Below are positions 62,539 to 64,000 of a stretch of DNA of 64,000 nt, piece by piece. Each line of letters starts with the position of its first letter. The stretch's first letter is position 1. The position numbers and the translations under genes were made by a program. Source of the DNA: a virus; the IMG/VR virus record IMGVR_UViG_3300005827_000042, positions 1 through 64,000 of that record; one strand, given 5' to 3'. The notes beneath the pieces were generated by a model. That model searched no databases. It had not been told where the DNA came from and saw nothing but the letters and a program-made list of their open reading frames with translations.

Positions 62539-63768
62539 ATGGCTATGCAGACTGGATTGGAGTATCGAGGATATTATGACATCGGTAAAATTCTGTTTTT
62601 CAATATGGGGGAAGTTATTCGGGTTACTACAAATCCTAACAATGAGACTGGTGAAGGTGTTCCGTTCTGTATTGATGAGTTTGTTCAGAAAACCTATTAC
62701 ACGGTTTCCAGTCAGGGGGAAGTTTCCAGTGATGGATTGAAACTGTTTATTGCGACCTGGGTACACGGGCTACTTGGGAAGGTTATGTATGACGGTAAGG
62801 TAATAACAAGTGAGATTCTGAATGCTGTTATAGCAGACTTTGAGAATATGTTTGCGCAAATGAATATGAATCTCGGTGGAATTAGGTGTGGATACGTGGA
62901 TGCTGATACGTTTATCCAGAGGGCAGAAACCACCATTCGCAGACTGATGAACAATGACACTGCTTGGTGGTACACGTCCTACTATCGTGACATTGATACC
63001 AGCTTTCAACAGTATATTTACGGTAGCCAATATCATTGGCTGGGCATGAGTATGACTGAAAATGTTCTCAACACTGTAAAAGTAATTGGGGTAGATGGTA
63101 CCAACAAACAGGGTCGGTTTACCAAAAGATTTCAGGCTGAGATGTATAAGAGGGGGATCAAGCTGAATCCTTCGGCCATGTCATCTATTGGAAACGCCTT
63201 CAATGAGTGTATGGTACGCACCCGCACCTACTACATTGAGATTACAAATAACTTTAGTTGGAGAGACGGTAGATATGGGAAGGAAGATTCTTGCTGGTGG
63301 GGGACGTATTCAGCTAGCAGGGACACCCTATACAACTCGGGTGGATATGGAATCCTATTCTATCCGGACTCAGACCGCACGAGTGTTTTTGATGGTATCG
63401 GTAGGGTGTGGGTATTCCCCAATTCTGATGAATCTTTGGTAGTGTTCAATGCTTATGGAGTTGGGGATAAGGAATCTGCCGGAGTTGTGTGTCAATTGAT
63501 GCACGATATGACTGGCAGGGTTTGGAGTTACGCTAAACGAGACATCTTTACTAATGTGAATGGTCCGGTCCCCTACATCAATGGATGTTCTGGGTATATT
63601 GTCTATCCTAAAGATGATCCGATGGCATCGGAAAATACGCTATGTGATTTCGATATTGTAAATGGCATATTCACTATGTCCCCCATATGCCCCAATTGTG
63701 GAGTCACGGTGAATCATGAAGGCAACTATTGTGGTGACTGTGGTGGTGAAGACTATGATGAAGAATAA
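62539..63768 (+). CDS. paralogue B of the tandem family
   Basis: 409 aa, GGGAG RBS, homologous core to 60026-61522. C-terminal CPNC..CGDC and acidic tail EDYDEE. Confidence 0.6.
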   Translation: MAMQTGLEYRGYYDIGKILFFNMGEVIRVTTNPNNETGEGVPFCIDEFVQKTYYTVSSQGEVSSDGLKLFIATWVHGLLGKVMYDGKVITSEILNAVIADFENMFAQMNMNLGGIRCGYVDADTFIQRAETTIRRLMNNDTAWWYTSYYRDIDTSFQQYIYGSQYHWLGMSMTENVLNTVKVIGVDGTNKQGRFTKRFQAEMYKRGIKLNPSAMSSIGNAFNECMVRTRTYYIEITNNFSWRDGRYGKEDSCWWGTYSASRDTLYNSGGYGILFYPDSDRTSVFDGIGRVWVFPNSDESLVVFNAYGVGDKESAGVVCQLMHDMTGRVWSYAKRDIFTNVNGPVPYINGCSGYIVYPKDDPMASENTLCDFDIVNGIFTMSPICPNCGVTVNHEGNYCGDCGGEDYDEE

Positions 63769-63779
63769 GGAGAATTGAC

Positions 63780-64000
63780 ATGAACAGAAACATGAGTATG
63801 CGTGCGGATACTGAGATTGGAAAGGTTTTGTACGGTATGGGTGGGTGTGTGCATACTGTTTGCACGAATGAGGACACGTCAGCGGATGAAGGTACTTGTC
63901 CGCTCTGTATCGATGAGTTTGTGATAGATGTATCAAGGCTCATTGATATTGATGCGCGTGCTGAGATAGTGTATAACCTGTGCAGGAAATGGTTATGTAG
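63780..64000 (+). CDS. paralogue C of the tandem family (3'-truncated by window end)
   Basis: AAGGAG RBS. The N-terminus (..GKVLYGMGGCVHTVCTNEDTSADEGTCPLCIDEFV..) aligns with paralogue B's N-terminus (..GKILFFNMGEVIRVTTNPNNETGEGVPFCIDEFV..). Confidence 0.55.
   Translation, partial: MNRNMSMRADTEIGKVLYGMGGCVHTVCTNEDTSADEGTCPLCIDEFVIDVSRLIDIDARAEIVYNLCRKWLC

Overview
The window reads as a contiguous piece of a tailed dsDNA phage or prophage genome with siphovirus-like gene order. It holds about 100 tightly packed genes in three blocks.

(i) 1-12.8 kb, + strand: DNA replication and recombination. Genes are a putative SSB, a CHC2/Toprim primase, a UvrD-like SF1 helicase, a DnaB-like helicase, an HNH-AP2 homing endonuclease, a family-A DNA polymerase, a UDG-like protein, a RecA-superfamily ATPase and endonuclease VII.

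(ii) 12.8-45.65 kb, - strand: one roughly 33-kb late operon. In transcription order it carries MazG, DUF3310, HNH, TerS, TerL, portal, protease/scaffold and the major capsid protein. An ~8-kb glycosylation and deoxysugar island follows. After it come head-tail connectors, the major tail protein, a chaperone pair, the tape measure, tail and fibre proteins, and a DEDD exonuclease.

(iii) 46-64 kb, + strand: an accessory block. It contains a run of membrane proteins, a ~3.2-kb stretch that is mostly non-coding and rich in hairpins, one tRNA (anticodon UAU), a LemA-like pair, and three tandem paralogues interleaved with a clan-MH metallopeptidase.

I saw no rRNA, CRISPR array, integrase or recognisable endolysin.

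Most notable observations:
- The glycosylation island sits between the capsid and connector genes. It includes an E1/RfbH-type 3-dehydrase that carries the His-for-Lys change and a C-X57-C-X1-C-X7-C cysteine pattern.
- A 13-bp palindrome, TTACAC[C/G]GTGTAA, recurs throughout the window.
- An iteron array with 19-bp phasing lies in the divergent AT-rich control region.
- A promoter and terminator bound a ~600-nt ORF-free transcript candidate.
- A compact five-helix 125-nt element lies in the replication module.

All functional calls rest on motif recognition by eye. No database search, folding program or statistics were run.
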